A stretch of DNA of 60,940 nucleotides, counting the filler, from Armatimonadota bacterium (lineage in GTDB: Bacteria > Armatimonadota > Fimbriimonadia > Fimbriimonadales > Fimbriimonadaceae), in NCBI GenBank assembly GCA_031400935.1. It is 3 parts of 3 records of this genome, joined end to end, with 100 filler letters (N's around TTAATTAATTAA, not from the genome) between each part and the next. Parts side by side here need not be neighbours in the genome. Positions count along the whole stretch, not along the records: positions 21,562 to 47,494 come from JANNQV010000063.1; 2 more parts are not named here. One strand, 5' to 3'. This document shows, piece after piece, positions 27,764-38,984 of this stretch. Both the position numbers and the translations under genes were made by a program. The notes under the pieces are model-generated. The model searched no databases and was not told the DNA's origin. It was given only the letters and a program-made list of their open reading frames with translations. Position 1 is the stretch's first letter. Every line of letters begins with the position of its first letter.

Positions 27764-29971
27764 GTGATGCGCATTACGGACATTTCTGAGAATTGGGAGT
27801 TTAAGCAACATGCTGCGTTCACTGACTACTATCGGCCGTGTGTCATTGGACTAAACTGGTTGCCAGCGAAGGTTCCCGGTTGCGTTCATCTTGATCTGCT
27901 TTGCAACGGAGTAATTTCAGACCCATTTACGAGTTTCCATGAGCATGGATGCCAATGGGTTGATATCGCGGATTGGGTTTATCGGACTTCATTCGTGTAT
28001 GAATCGGATGAATCGGATGGCTTGTACGGGTTACGGAAGGTCTTGCGTTTTGAAGGGTTGGACACCATTGCGACGATTTACTTAAATGGCGATGAGATCG
28101 GTCACAGCGAGAACATGTTTATCCCGCTCGAAATTGATGTTTCAGAAAGTATTCTAGGAGGGAAGAATGAACTTGAAATTCGGTTTTGCTCTGCTGTCCG
28201 AGTTGGCATGGAACGCCGGGCCGCGTGTTTTGAAAGGGAAAGGCTGAATCCGGAAACGACGTTTTTCGATGAAAGGGCATTTGTTCGCAAAGCCCAATAT
28301 ATGTCTGGCTGGGATTGGGGACCGAGGCTTGTCTCATGCGGTATCTGGCGTCCGGTTCGATTGATCGAATTTGAATCACGAATTCGCTCTTATTCGGTTC
28401 ATCACAAGCGGCTTGACGATGGCAGATTTCGAGTTTGGAGCGAAACGGGCATTGAAGGGGAAGTTCCGTTTCTCACGACTTGGGACGGAAAGGAATTTGA
28501 AGGCGACTTCGATCTGATAGTCGAAAATCCGGAACTCTGGTGGCCAAACGGGCTTGGCGAACCGCACCTTTACGAAATAACAGCAAGGATCGAAGGGCAA
28601 GATTCCATTCAAAAGAAAGTAGGGCTGCGCACGATCGAACTGAAACAAGAGGACGATCAATGGGGACGTTCATTTGAATTCGTAGTCAACGGAAAGCCAA
28701 TTTTTGCCATCGGTGGAAACTGGATTCCAAACGACAGTTTTCCGTCAAGAATCAATCCAAACCAAGTGGCCAAACAAGTTCATGATTGCGCTGAATACGG
28801 CATGAACATGATCCGAGTTTGGGGCGGTGGACTCTACGAGAGTGAAGAGTTCTACGATGCTTGCGACGAACACGGAATTCTGGTCTGGCAAGATTTTCCG
28901 TTCGCATGCTCTTACTATCCTGACTCCAAAGAATTTCTCGACGAAATTGAAAGGGAGGCAAGATTTCAGATCGAAAGACTGCGAGACCGAACTTGCCTTG
29001 CCCTATGGTGTGGAAACAACGAGATTCAAACCATGTGGGAAGGGAAATGGGGGAAACCCGAGCATCAGCCGGATCGTTGGTATGGCGAAACGATATTCAA
29101 AGAACTGTTCCCGAAATTGATAAAGGAACTCGATCCAATTCGAAGCTACATTTCGACTAGTCCAACTGGATCAGATCGTGCGGAAAGACCCAATTGCAAC
29201 AGCGACAATTTTGGCGATCAGCACTTTTGGGAGGTTTGGCATGGCAAGGGCGATTGGGTTCACTATCGAGATTCGGGTGCCAGATTTTGTTCAGAATTCG
29301 GGTTTGCAAGTTCATGCTCGATGGAATGTTGGGAAACGGTTTTTCAACCTGACGAGAGCACTTCTCCTGCTCACCCGGTTGTTCGCAGTCATGATAAAAC
29401 CAACAAGCCGTGGGAGATTTTTCGTGGGCTAGTTGAACTTCACTACCCGCGTCCAAACTCCCTGGATGAATGGGTCGAAACAAGCCAACTCAACCAGCGA
29501 GATGCTATGCGTGAAGCTTTTGAGCACTTTCGAATCTCGCGCAAGTGCGCTGGCGCCCTTGTTTGGCAGATCAATGATTGTTGGCCCGCCCAAAGTTGGT
29601 CGTTGCAGGATTATGCAAGGATTTGGAAGCCCGCAGGGCTGGAAATGAAGCGGCTCTGCCATCCTATTTTGGTGGCACTAAGAGTGTATAGTGGATTCGT
29701 CGAGGTTGCCGTTGATGTTTGGCATGACGATTTTCCAATCGAAATCTCGTTGGAATTTTGTTCCAGCAGTGCAAGACAGGTGTTGAGAAGCCTCTTGATT
29801 TCTTTTGAAATGGAGGAAATTGAATCTGAAACTTGGAAGAGGATAGATACAACTGAGTTTGACCGCTTTCGCACTATTGTTTCAGCACAATGGACGAAAA
29901 GTGAAATCACAAGAACAACACGAAGCTTGTGCGAACCTAAAGAAATGATAAGTCGAATCGAGAAAGATTGA
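27764..29971 (+). CDS. GH2 beta-mannosidase-like glycoside hydrolase
   Basis: FEGLDTIA, RKAQYMSGWDWGP, NMIRVWGGGLYE, WCGNNE, RFCSEFG. Confidence 0.93.
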   Translation: MMRITDISENWEFKQHAAFTDYYRPCVIGLNWLPAKVPGCVHLDLLCNGVISDPFTSFHEHGCQWVDIADWVYRTSFVYESDESDGLYGLRKVLRFEGLDTIATIYLNGDEIGHSENMFIPLEIDVSESILGGKNELEIRFCSAVRVGMERRAACFERERLNPETTFFDERAFVRKAQYMSGWDWGPRLVSCGIWRPVRLIEFESRIRSYSVHHKRLDDGRFRVWSETGIEGEVPFLTTWDGKEFEGDFDLIVENPELWWPNGLGEPHLYEITARIEGQDSIQKKVGLRTIELKQEDDQWGRSFEFVVNGKPIFAIGGNWIPNDSFPSRINPNQVAKQVHDCAEYGMNMIRVWGGGLYESEEFYDACDEHGILVWQDFPFACSYYPDSKEFLDEIEREARFQIERLRDRTCLALWCGNNEIQTMWEGKWGKPEHQPDRWYGETIFKELFPKLIKELDPIRSYISTSPTGSDRAERPNCNSDNFGDQHFWEVWHGKGDWVHYRDSGARFCSEFGFASSCSMECWETVFQPDESTSPAHPVVRSHDKTNKPWEIFRGLVELHYPRPNSLDEWVETSQLNQRDAMREAFEHFRISRKCAGALVWQINDCWPAQSWSLQDYARIWKPAGLEMKRLCHPILVALRVYSGFVEVAVDVWHDDFPIEISLEFCSSSARQVLRSLLISFEMEEIESETWKRIDTTEFDRFRTIVSAQWTKSEITRTTRSLCEPKEMISRIEKD

Positions 29972-30029
29972 AAAAACAAGTTGGTTCCGTCGTATACTAA
30001 AGCTCGTCTTGTCGTAGAGAATTTAGAAA

Positions 30030-32975
30030 ATGATATCAAAACTCCGATTTGTATGGCTTGCAGGTATTCCATTGAGCATAGGCGTCATTTCAGGCGTTGC
30101 TGCGACGCCAATCACTCCATTGAAAAAGCCGATTGTCCAGGCGCAAAGAAAGATTGATTTCAATCGAGAAATTAGACCCATACTTTCAGAAAGCTGCTGG
30201 AAGTGCCACGGCCCAGACGAGGCAATCAACGCGAAAACTGGCGGAGTGCGACTCGATTCATTTGCAGGCGCGACCAAGGTCGTAGATGGGATGGCGCCCA
30301 TAGCGCCTAAGAATTCGAAAGATTCTCTTCTCGTGCAAAGGGTTAGCGAAAAGGAAGCCGCGCTTCGAATGCCTCCCGTGGATTCTGGATTGAAGGCACT
30401 GACTTCCGAGCAAATTGCACTCTTAAAGCAATGGATTGATCAAGGCGCAGAATATAGGGCGCATTGGGCATTTGTCGCCCCTAAGGTTGTTGCGCTTCCA
30501 AAAGTAAAGGATGAAAACTGGATTCGAAATCCGATAGATAGATTTGTGCTCTCAAAACTAGAACAGGAAGGATTGAAGCCCGAATCTGAGGCAAATCCTC
30601 GTGTGCTCATCCGAAGAGTTGCACTTACTTTGACTGGTTTGCCGCCAACGGTTCAAGAAATACAGAAGTACGTACAAGATTCGGCTCCTGGTGCATACGT
30701 GCGGATGGTAGATCGCTATCTGGCGAGTCCTTTTTATGGTCAAAATCAGGCAAGGTTTTGGCTCGATGCGGTTCGCTACGGTGATACTCACGGACTCCAT
30801 ATTGATAATGAGCGGGCGATCTATCCATATCGAGATTGGGTTGTAAGGGCGGCAAATGAAGACTTGCCATTCGATAAATTCACGTTGTGGCAATTTGCAG
30901 GCGATCTGATGCCAAATCCAACCTTAGAAATGAAGATTGCCACCGCTTACATTCGAATGAATGTGACGACCAACGAAGGCGGTGCCATCGAAGAAGAAGT
31001 ACTCACAAAGAACACATTTGATCGAGTGGACACCACATCAACGGTTTATTTAGGATTGACGGCAGGATGTGCAAAGTGCCATGACCACAAATTTGATCCG
31101 ATTTCTCAAAAAGACTATTACGGGCTTTTTGCGTTCTTCAACTCGACGAAAGATGCGCCTTTGGACGGGAATTTGTTCGCACCTGAACCCGCCATCAAGG
31201 CGCCGAACCCAGCCCAGCTTAAGAGCCTAGCCGACTACCAAAACAAATTGGCACTTCTCGCAAGCCAAGTGAAAATTGATGAGGCAAAGAGTTGGATCGC
31301 CACGAACCGAGTAGCGCAACCTGCCGTATCGAAATGGGAAGTTTCGCAGGCATTCCCTGGAAAGAATTTCGATGAAATATACGACACGGAATACTCTCCG
31401 GAGAAGCAGGGCGCGACAGATGTCATTTGGAAACCTCTGGCGCTCGAACTTGACAAGAACATTCTGGTTGTCTTACGTGAAGTCGCGTGTGCCTATGTTC
31501 GAGGGACAATTAGCCTCGACGCGAACGCAAAAGTAACATTCCGACTTGGAAGCGACGACGCGATCAAGATGTGGATTGACGGCAAATTGTCTCATGCGAA
31601 TAAAGCTCAGCGCGGTGTAGATCAGGCTACTGACACTGTTGATGTCGAACTTACAGCGGGGAGCCACGATGTCCTTTTCAAGATCATTAACAACGGCGGT
31701 CCCGATGGACTTCGAGTTGGCATTGGCGATCAACGCTCGCTTCGAATTGATACAACGTTTCGCCGAGTCCAGGCCGGGGAAGGCGAAGACCAATTACGCG
31801 AAGTATTTCTTGAACTCGGCCCAGATTCGAAATCTGGCAAAGAGTACAAAGATGTCAAAAAGAAACAAGTGGATTTAGATGCCCAAATACCTCTTTGCCT
31901 CGTAGCGGAGGAATTGCCAAAGCCCCGCCAAGCATACGTACTTAGAAGGGGCGAATACGATCTTCGGACCACTCCGGTGGGCCGATCAATTCCCACCGTT
32001 TTCGGAAAATTGCCTTCGGACGCACCAAAAGACAGGCTCGGATTTGCTCAATGGCTAGTCGCAAAAAACAATCCATTAGTCAGCCGTGTTTTCGTAAACC
32101 GAATTTGGCAACAGCATTTCGGGATTGGGTTGGTCGAGACGGCAGAGGATTTTGGAAATCAGGGAGAGTGGCCGAGCCACCCCGAACTCCTCGATTATTT
32201 GGCGGTGAAGTTTGTGAAAGAAGGCTGGAGTATGAAAAAGCTCAATAAACTGATCTTGAGCAGTGCGGCGTTTCGACAAGCCACTACCAGTTCGGTGGAG
32301 AAGAGAACGAAAGATCCGAAAAACCGATTGATATGGCGTGGTCCAAGGTTCCGACTGGATGCTGAAGTTCTAAGGGATCAAGCGCTCTATGTAAGCGGTC
32401 TCCTCAATATAGCGGACAGCGGAAAAGGCTTTAAGCCATATCAGCCGACGGGTATTTGGGAAGCATTGGGCTTTCTGGAGAGCAATACCTCACGTTATGT
32501 GCAAGACAAGGGAAGCGAAATCTACAGAAGAAGCCTTTATCTGTTCTGGAAGCGCACGAGCCCGCATCCAATGATGCTCAGTTTCGACGCGCCGATGCGA
32601 GAATCGTGTTCAGTTCGCCGCTCAAGGACGAATACACCGCTTCAAGCACTTGTAACGATGAATGAGCCAACGTTCGTTGAATCAGCGAGAGTTTTTGCCG
32701 AGCGACTATTGAAATTCAAGGCGGATGACAAAGTTCGACTTGCCAAGTTGTTCGAGATTTGTCTGTCAAGGCCGGCATCAGATAGTGAGCTTAATATTCT
32801 CCAAAAATCTCTTGCGTTTTACCAAAAAGACTTCCAAAGACCAGGGGTTTCGTTTGACATTCTTGCGGCTGGCGATTCAAAGCTAGATCCAACTCTTCCA
32901 AAACCCAAACTCGCCGCCTACACGATGATTGTAAGCACTTTGTTTAACACCGACGAATTTCTGACCCAACATTAG
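30030..32975 (+). CDS. Second cytochrome c / DUF1549 / DUF1553 protein with PA14-like insert
   Basis: [60 protein letters not shown]. Confidence 0.93.
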   Translation: MISKLRFVWLAGIPLSIGVISGVAATPITPLKKPIVQAQRKIDFNREIRPILSESCWKCHGPDEAINAKTGGVRLDSFAGATKVVDGMAPIAPKNSKDSLLVQRVSEKEAALRMPPVDSGLKALTSEQIALLKQWIDQGAEYRAHWAFVAPKVVALPKVKDENWIRNPIDRFVLSKLEQEGLKPESEANPRVLIRRVALTLTGLPPTVQEIQKYVQDSAPGAYVRMVDRYLASPFYGQNQARFWLDAVRYGDTHGLHIDNERAIYPYRDWVVRAANEDLPFDKFTLWQFAGDLMPNPTLEMKIATAYIRMNVTTNEGGAIEEEVLTKNTFDRVDTTSTVYLGLTAGCAKCHDHKFDPISQKDYYGLFAFFNSTKDAPLDGNLFAPEPAIKAPNPAQLKSLADYQNKLALLASQVKIDEAKSWIATNRVAQPAVSKWEVSQAFPGKNFDEIYDTEYSPEKQGATDVIWKPLALELDKNILVVLREVACAYVRGTISLDANAKVTFRLGSDDAIKMWIDGKLSHANKAQRGVDQATDTVDVELTAGSHDVLFKIINNGGPDGLRVGIGDQRSLRIDTTFRRVQAGEGEDQLREVFLELGPDSKSGKEYKDVKKKQVDLDAQIPLCLVAEELPKPRQAYVLRRGEYDLRTTPVGRSIPTVFGKLPSDAPKDRLGFAQWLVAKNNPLVSRVFVNRIWQQHFGIGLVETAEDFGNQGEWPSHPELLDYLAVKFVKEGWSMKKLNKLILSSAAFRQATTSSVEKRTKDPKNRLIWRGPRFRLDAEVLRDQALYVSGLLNIADSGKGFKPYQPTGIWEALGFLESNTSRYVQDKGSEIYRRSLYLFWKRTSPHPMMLSFDAPMRESCSVRRSRTNTPLQALVTMNEPTFVESARVFAERLLKFKADDKVRLAKLFEICLSRPASDSELNILQKSLAFYQKDFQRPGVSFDILAAGDSKLDPTLPKPKLAAYTMIVSTLFNTDEFLTQH

Positions 32976-32983
32976 GAAACACC

Positions 32984-34531
32984 ATGAACCCAATTCGAGA
33001 ACACGACCTTTTGATGACGCGGAGGCAGCTTTTTGGTAAATCTGCTCTAGGAATAGGTACGGTCGCCCTTCACCAATTGTTGCGAGGAGCAGGAATTGGA
33101 GCGTCAATGTTTGCTGGATTGGACGCCTTCGGCCAAGGTGGCAGCCAAGGAAAACGGCACGGCGGATTGCCAGGGCTCCCCAATTTCACTCCCAAAGCAA
33201 AGCGAGTGATCGTGCTCTTTATGAACGGCGGGCCAAGCCAAATGGATCTTTGGGATTACAAACCCAAAATGAACGATGAGTACGACAAAGACTTGCCTGA
33301 GCACATTCGTAACGGCCAGCGATTGACAACCATGACAAGCGGCCAAGCTCGTTTCCCAATTTGCCCAAGCCGCTACAAATTTGAGAAGCATGACAACGGA
33401 GGCGACGGCGTTTGGGTAAGCGAGCTTCTGCCGCATACCTCTGCTATGGTTAAGGAATTGTGCGTTGTCAAATCAATGTGGACGGAGGCGATCAATCACG
33501 ATCCTGCCGTAACGTACATTCAGACTGGAAGCCAGCTTCCTGGCAGGCCGAGCATGGGCGCATGGGTGAGCTATGGCCTTGGTTCGATGAATGAAGACCT
33601 GCCTGCTTACGTCGTATTGCACAGTAAAGTGACTTCGGGCAAAGTTGATCAGGCGTTGTTTTCTAGGCTGTGGGGAACGGGGTTCTTGCCAAGCGAACAC
33701 CAAGGAGTTGCTCTGAGAAGCAGCGGCGACCCAGTCTTATATTTGAACGATCCTCATGGCGTAGATCGAAAAACTCGCCGCCAAATGCTTGATGACCTTG
33801 CCAAGTTGAATAACAACCAGCTCAATGAATTTGGCGATCCAGAAATTGCGGCACGAATAAGCCAATACGAAATGGCTTATCGAATGCAAACTTCCGTCCC
33901 AGATTTGATGGACACCAGCAAAGAACCCGATTCAATTTTTGAAATGTACGGCAAGCCAAGCAGGGAAGCAGGGACATTTGCTGCGAACTGCCTGTTGGCG
34001 CGAAGGCTTGCAGAGCGCGGAGTCAGTTACATTCAGATTTGGCACCGAGGGTGGGATCAGCATGGCAACTTGACAGGCGATTTGCCCTCTCAATGCATGG
34101 ACGTTGACCAGGCATGCGCTGCCTTGCTGAAAGACCTGAAGCAGAAGGGAATGCTTGACGATACGCTTGTTGTGTGGGGCGGAGAGTTCGGCAGAACGGT
34201 TTATTGCCAAGGCCCGCTAACACGCGAGAATTATGGGCGAGACCACCACCCGAGAGCATTTACGATGTGGATGGCTGGCGGCGGAGTGAAGCCGGGAACG
34301 GTCTATGGCCAGACCGACGATTACGGCTACAACATTGTAGATAAAGAAGGAAATGTGATCAATCCGTCGGTAGACGAAGTGACCCCAGGAGCCGTTCATA
34401 TTCACGATTTGAACGCAACGATTCTTCATCAGTTAGGCGTTGATCATACGAAGCTTACGTACCGGTATCAGGGACGAGATTTTCGAATCACGGATGTCCA
34501 TGGGCATGTAATTAAGGACTTGATTCAATAG
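32984..34531 (+). CDS. Second DUF1501 protein with Tat signal
   Basis: [44 protein letters not shown]. Confidence 0.93.
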   Translation: MNPIREHDLLMTRRQLFGKSALGIGTVALHQLLRGAGIGASMFAGLDAFGQGGSQGKRHGGLPGLPNFTPKAKRVIVLFMNGGPSQMDLWDYKPKMNDEYDKDLPEHIRNGQRLTTMTSGQARFPICPSRYKFEKHDNGGDGVWVSELLPHTSAMVKELCVVKSMWTEAINHDPAVTYIQTGSQLPGRPSMGAWVSYGLGSMNEDLPAYVVLHSKVTSGKVDQALFSRLWGTGFLPSEHQGVALRSSGDPVLYLNDPHGVDRKTRRQMLDDLAKLNNNQLNEFGDPEIAARISQYEMAYRMQTSVPDLMDTSKEPDSIFEMYGKPSREAGTFAANCLLARRLAERGVSYIQIWHRGWDQHGNLTGDLPSQCMDVDQACAALLKDLKQKGMLDDTLVVWGGEFGRTVYCQGPLTRENYGRDHHPRAFTMWMAGGGVKPGTVYGQTDDYGYNIVDKEGNVINPSVDEVTPGAVHIHDLNATILHQLGVDHTKLTYRYQGRDFRITDVHGHVIKDLIQ

Positions 34532-34548
34532 CTATTTTGTAGCCAAGT

Positions 34549-34633
34549 CCCTTTCTCTCCCCGATTGCATTTCCCTAGGGCGGGGAAGGCGTTCCCCGAA
34601 AAAGAGGGAGGGACTCCGGTGCCCGCGCTCCAC
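34549..34633. repeat. Hairpin repeat element between convergent genes
   Basis: ccctttctctcccc...aaaagagggagggactcc followed by gcccgcgctccac, which is related to ccgcgctccac at 38931-38941. Confidence 0.45.
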
Positions 34634-34643
34634 AAGTCTTTCG

Positions 34644-36149
34644 TCACCGAGCGTTCCGAAATCCACCTATCGATTCCCAAGCACCAATGTCGCCTTCGCT
34701 GCCGGAATGATCTGTGTTTTGCATTTGCCTCGCATTGGTGATGACAGCCAATAGTTCTTCTGGAATAACGCTACCTGGCTGCCAGTCGGCAAATTCCCTT
34801 CCAAGAAATCCAGTATCAATCTCTCCACTTCGAAACCCTTTGGAATCGAGAACTTCAACTAGGTATGTGATATTGGTTTTAACTCCCAGAATGTGAAAAT
34901 CTTTAAGCGCCAAAATGAGCCGCTCAATTGCTGTATCTCGATCTGGGGCATAGGCAATGACTTTTGCGAGTAAAGAATCATAAAACCGAGTTACTTCGGA
35001 ACCCATACGATATCCGGTGTCCACACGTATGAATGGATCGCGTGGTTCTGCCCATCCCACTATTTTGCCAATTGACGGAAGGAAGTTCTTACTTGGGTCT
35101 TCTGCTACGATTCGGGCTTCAATGGCATGTCCCCGTAATGCGTTTCGGAGGCCGCTGAGCAATTCGGGAGCCAAATTCAGTTCCTCGCCGTTCGCAATTT
35201 GTATTTGAAGTTGAACCAAGTCAAGTCCAGAAACGAGTTCCGTAACCGGATGTTCCACTTGCAGCCTGGCATTGACTTCTAAGAAGTAGAATTCTCCAGA
35301 ATCTTCGTCAAACATGAACTCACAAGTTCCAGCACCTACATAACCTGCTACTTTTACTAATCGTATGGTTGCCTCACGAAGTAACTGCCAAAGAGCGTCG
35401 CTCATGATGGGTGAAGGGGCTTCTTCGACCAGTTTTTGATGCCGTCGTTGCAAAGAACACTCGCGCTCAAAAAGGGCGGCAACGTTGCCTTGCGAATCTG
35501 CAACAAACTGAACCTCGATGTGTCTTGGCTTCTCAATAAGCTTCTCGACCATCATAGAGCCGTCTCCAAAACCAGACAGTGCCTCGTCCGAAGCAATTGA
35601 GAATTCTTCGAGGAAATGATCAGGTTTCCGAACAATTCTCATCCCCCTGCCACCGCCGCCTGCACTGGCCTTGAGCATGATAGGAAAGCCGATTTTCTTT
35701 GCTTCATGGAAGAGCGTTTCGGCTGTTGCTCCGGGTTCAAAGTATCCAGGAGTAATAGGTACTTCAGTTTCGACAGCGAGTTGCTTTGCGTCAATCTTGT
35801 TGCCAAGTTTACGCATCGCCGAAGCGGGCGGACCTACAAAAGTGATTCCTGCCATCCAGCAAGCATCTGAAAATTCGGCGCGTTCCGATAGGAAACCGTA
35901 GCCCGGATGAACGGAATCGGCGCCCGACTCCCGGCAAGCCGCGAGAATCTTATCAATTTGCAGGTAGCTTTCGATAGGCTCCGAACCTCCGATAAAAACG
36001 GATTCATCAGCAAGGTTTGTGTGCACCGAATCTCTATCTGCCTCAGAAAACATCGCGACGGTGGAAATCCCCATAACTCGCGCTGCGCGGATAATGCGGC
36101 AAGCGATTTCGCCTCGATTTGCAATAAGAAGTTTCTTGATCATAGGCAC
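34644..36149 (-). CDS. Biotin carboxylase subunit of an acyl-CoA carboxylase (MCC/PCC alpha-like, no biotin-carrier domain)
   Basis: KLLIANRGEIA, HPGYGFLSE, KASAGGGGRGMR, RECSLQRRHQK, EVNARLQVEHPVTE; no AMKM motif. Confidence 0.93.
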   Translation of the reverse strand: MPMIKKLLIANRGEIACRIIRAARVMGISTVAMFSEADRDSVHTNLADESVFIGGSEPIESYLQIDKILAACRESGADSVHPGYGFLSERAEFSDACWMAGITFVGPPASAMRKLGNKIDAKQLAVETEVPITPGYFEPGATAETLFHEAKKIGFPIMLKASAGGGGRGMRIVRKPDHFLEEFSIASDEALSGFGDGSMMVEKLIEKPRHIEVQFVADSQGNVAALFERECSLQRRHQKLVEEAPSPIMSDALWQLLREATIRLVKVAGYVGAGTCEFMFDEDSGEFYFLEVNARLQVEHPVTELVSGLDLVQLQIQIANGEELNLAPELLSGLRNALRGHAIEARIVAEDPSKNFLPSIGKIVGWAEPRDPFIRVDTGYRMGSEVTRFYDSLLAKVIAYAPDRDTAIERLILALKDFHILGVKTNITYLVEVLDSKGFRSGEIDTGFLGREFADWQPGSVIPEELLAVITNARQMQNTDHSGSEGDIGAWESIGGFRNAR

Positions 36150-36179
36150 GACTACTTTACCGAATGAACATAGTGGAAT

Positions 36180-36932
36180 TTATTCTAGTTCAGCAACAAA
36201 TGAGGCCTTTCGCTTTTCAAGGAAAGCTACCACGCCTTCTTTGCCCTCCGGGCTAGACCGAGCTTCCGCAAGTCGGGTTGCACAATCAGAAAGCGGAAGT
36301 GGGAAGTCATTGACTAATTTCTTTGCACTCTTGATGGCGCCGGGTCCTGAAGCTAGAATGGACTTCAGTTTCGCATTGACAGCTTCGTCAAGTTGTTCGG
36401 TTACCTGATGAATTAGACCGATTCGGAGTGCCGTCTCGGCAGAGAAGGCCTCACCTGTTACGAATAGTGCGCGTGCATTGCCTGCTCCAATTTTTGGAAT
36501 CACGAATGGTGAAATTGTGCCAGGCACCAGGCCTAGCTTAACTTCGCTAAATGCAAATTTAGTTTCTGGGCTTGCAATCGCGATATCACTGGCTGCAACG
36601 ATTCCGGCACCGCCGCCAAATGCTGCTCCATGGACGCTGGCAATAACGGGGACAGCGCAATTAGCGATTGACTGAAAAAGCTTGCCAAGTCGCATTGCGT
36701 CTTCGTAATTCTCATCGGCGGTGTAACTGGCGGCTCTCTTCATCCATTCTAAATCGCCGCCGGCGCAAAATGTCGGGCCCTCTCCTGAGATGACCATCGC
36801 TCTCGTTCCTGATGAAGGGTTTGAAAAGCATTCAGTTAGACTTGCGATTAGCTCGTCATTGAAGGCATTTCGGACTTCTGGTCTTTGCAACGTAACATAG
36901 GTTATTGAGTCTCTTTTCTGGACAGATAACAT
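36180..36932 (-). CDS. liuC: Enoyl-CoA hydratase family, probable methylglutaconyl-CoA hydratase
   Basis: RPEVRNAFN, FCAGGDL, AFGGGAG, FSEVKLGLVP; adjacent to the biotin carboxylase. Confidence 0.75.
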   Translation of the reverse strand: MLSVQKRDSITYVTLQRPEVRNAFNDELIASLTECFSNPSSGTRAMVISGEGPTFCAGGDLEWMKRAASYTADENYEDAMRLGKLFQSIANCAVPVIASVHGAAFGGGAGIVAASDIAIASPETKFAFSEVKLGLVPGTISPFVIPKIGAGNARALFVTGEAFSAETALRIGLIHQVTEQLDEAVNAKLKSILASGPGAIKSAKKLVNDFPLPLSDCATRLAEARSSPEGKEGVVAFLEKRKASFVAELE

Positions 36933-36967
36933 GGCTCAACAAGTATACGCGTCAAAGATTATCGAGG

Positions 36968-38239
36968 TCATTCTGAAAGCAAACCGGAATCGCTAGTTTC
37001 AAATTTTGGAAGCACAACTTCGAAGGATGTGCCTTTGCCGAGTGTGCTTTCAACCGAAACAGTTCCGCCATGTGCTTCTACAATGTGCTTTACGATGCTT
37101 AGACCAAGGCCAGTGCCACCCGTTGCTCTGGAACGGGCCCTGTCAACCCTGTAGAACCGTTCAAAAATTCGTCCAACTTGATCACTAGGAATCCCCATTC
37201 CTGTATCGGAAACAATGATCCGAATCTGGTTTTCTTCATCTTTCAATTCAATTGTGACAGCTCCTTCCAGGGTGTAATTGATAGCGTTTTCAACTAAGTT
37301 GATGATCACTTGAACCATCTGAGTGTGATTTCCGTTGAAAGCTGTTCGTTTAGGAGTGAGGATTTCGAGTTTCAAATTCTTTGCATTCGCCTTACTGCTC
37401 AACTGGCTAACGACTGTTCTAACAACTTCGGTCAAATCGCACTCTTGCCGCCGGACTGGATTGGATTCTGCGGCACTGAGAATCAGAAGGTCTTGTGTGA
37501 TAAGCGATAGGCGATCTACCTCGTCAATGATGTTGTTGTGATACCGAATTTGTCGTTCAGGGTCAGATCCATCGTCCAACAGGGTTTCGGTCATCGCGCG
37601 AATCGTGGCAAGGGGCGTTCGAATCTCGTGCGAGACATTGGCCACAAAGTCTTGGCGAATTCGCTCCAATTTGCGAAGAGAAGTGAAATCGTAAATTGAA
37701 AGAAAGACTCGTGTACGTAAAGAGTCTGGCCATGCTTCGGCAACGATAGAGCGTTCTTCAGGATAGGTGATTGTGCATTCAAGCGAGCACCGTTCGTCAT
37801 TTTGCGCAGCCTGTAAAACAAGTTGTTCCAAGTCGTACGAAATTGTGGTCGCAAGAATCGTTTTACCGATTGGATTTTCAACACGAAAAATTGATTCGGC
37901 AGATTTATTGGCATAAAGAACCTCTGCTTTAGGCGAGCAAATAAGGATGCCAACATCGAGACCATCAGCGAGGGTGTCAATGGCTTCTCTTTGCTCATCC
38001 AGTCGTATTTCAAGTTCTTTCTCTCGTTCCGTTTCTGCTTCAAGTTCAAGGCTTTGCGAGTGAAAATGTTGTTGAGCCAAAATCCCAATGACGAGCAACA
38101 AGGTCGCAAATAGAAAGAGTAGGAGAGGGGCGTTTACCCTTGACTTTGGATTTGACGCAAGCCAAATTGCGACACATAACGTAGCACCTGAACTGCCGTA
38201 GCACAAGCCATAAAATGCACGAATAGATCCAAATTCCAA
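36968..38239 (-). CDS. PhoR-like PAS sensor histidine kinase (no cognate regulator adjacent)
   Basis: 2 TMs, FVANVSHEIRTPL H-box, NLVENAINY, DTGMGI, FERFYRVD, GTGLGLSIVK. Confidence 0.93.
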   Translation of the reverse strand: MEFGSIRAFYGLCYGSSGATLCVAIWLASNPKSRVNAPLLLFLFATLLLVIGILAQQHFHSQSLELEAETEREKELEIRLDEQREAIDTLADGLDVGILICSPKAEVLYANKSAESIFRVENPIGKTILATTISYDLEQLVLQAAQNDERCSLECTITYPEERSIVAEAWPDSLRTRVFLSIYDFTSLRKLERIRQDFVANVSHEIRTPLATIRAMTETLLDDGSDPERQIRYHNNIIDEVDRLSLITQDLLILSAAESNPVRRQECDLTEVVRTVVSQLSSKANAKNLKLEILTPKRTAFNGNHTQMVQVIINLVENAINYTLEGAVTIELKDEENQIRIIVSDTGMGIPSDQVGRIFERFYRVDRARSRATGGTGLGLSIVKHIVEAHGGTVSVESTLGKGTSFEVVLPKFETSDSGLLSE

Positions 38240-38285
38240 TGAACTAGCTTAGGGACGATGTTAGATCGTGAATCGCCGCGAAAGA

Positions 38286-38753
38286 TTAGGTCTGTCCAGG
38301 TACAAAAAGTTGATCGTACTCATCTGGGTCTTCACAAAGTTCGAGATTGACCGGTGATTCTAGAATTGCATCAAAGCGTTCCTGCATCTCTTGCTCGTCG
38401 CGAATAATTCGGTCAAAGCTCTCCTCCCAAAACGGAGAGAATCGCTCTCCGGTATTGTCAATTATTTTCTTTCCGGATTTGCGCTTTGTAGCTTCGATAA
38501 ACTTTGAAAATTCTATTTCTTGACCTTTGTACGATCCGCACACCGAGAAGATCAATTCTGTCGTTTCAGGGAGCACCGCCAAAATTGCGTATTCCAATTT
38601 CAAGCCATGCGACTTTAGGAGCGAGCGAAAAAGCACGTCTCTTTCTGTGCTCTCCAGCGACCGTCGGTGCCGAAATGTCACGTAGTACGTTACGTCATCG
38701 GCTCGCCAGTGCGGAAGCCGCTTGCGCCACATGCTGAAGTTTTTGAAAGGCAC
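38286..38753 (-). CDS. RAYT/IS200-like Y1 transposase homologue lacking catalytic residues
   Basis: RLPHW...TYYVTFR, FWEESFDRIIRD, SPV...L match the RAYT layout; HUH position reads PETTEL and the catalytic Tyr position reads DAIL. Confidence 0.7.
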   Translation of the reverse strand: MPFKNFSMWRKRLPHWRADDVTYYVTFRHRRSLESTERDVLFRSLLKSHGLKLEYAILAVLPETTELIFSVCGSYKGQEIEFSKFIEATKRKSGKKIIDNTGERFSPFWEESFDRIIRDEQEMQERFDAILESPVNLELCEDPDEYDQLFVPGQT

Positions 38754-38822
38754 GGTTAAGGGGATTATGGCTGGTGCTTGTGGTTGGTTGTAAGTTTTTG
38801 GTTGGCAGTTAGCGGTTGGCGG

Positions 38823-38942
38823 ATGCGGAGCCTAGGCTTTCGGTTTTGATCCGGTTGCGTCAAACAAGCTCCGCGGACCGAAATGCGGACCTTAGGCTTT
38901 TTTCTTAGGAATTGCACAATTTAAGTAGCTCCGCGCTCCACT
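38823..38942. repeat. Two tandem 60-bp units with GCGGA..AGCTCCGC palindromic ends
   Basis: atgcggagcctaggcttt (38823) / atgcggaccttaggcttt (38883); agctccgcg at 38867 and 38927. Confidence 0.65.
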
Positions 38943-38984
38943 TGAAGCAGGAACTCGCTCAAACCATGCCGAACTCTTTACCGC

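Noticed and set aside
38823..38942. Mini CRISPR array
   Set aside because: Only two imperfect units and no cas genes in the window; kept as a repeat.
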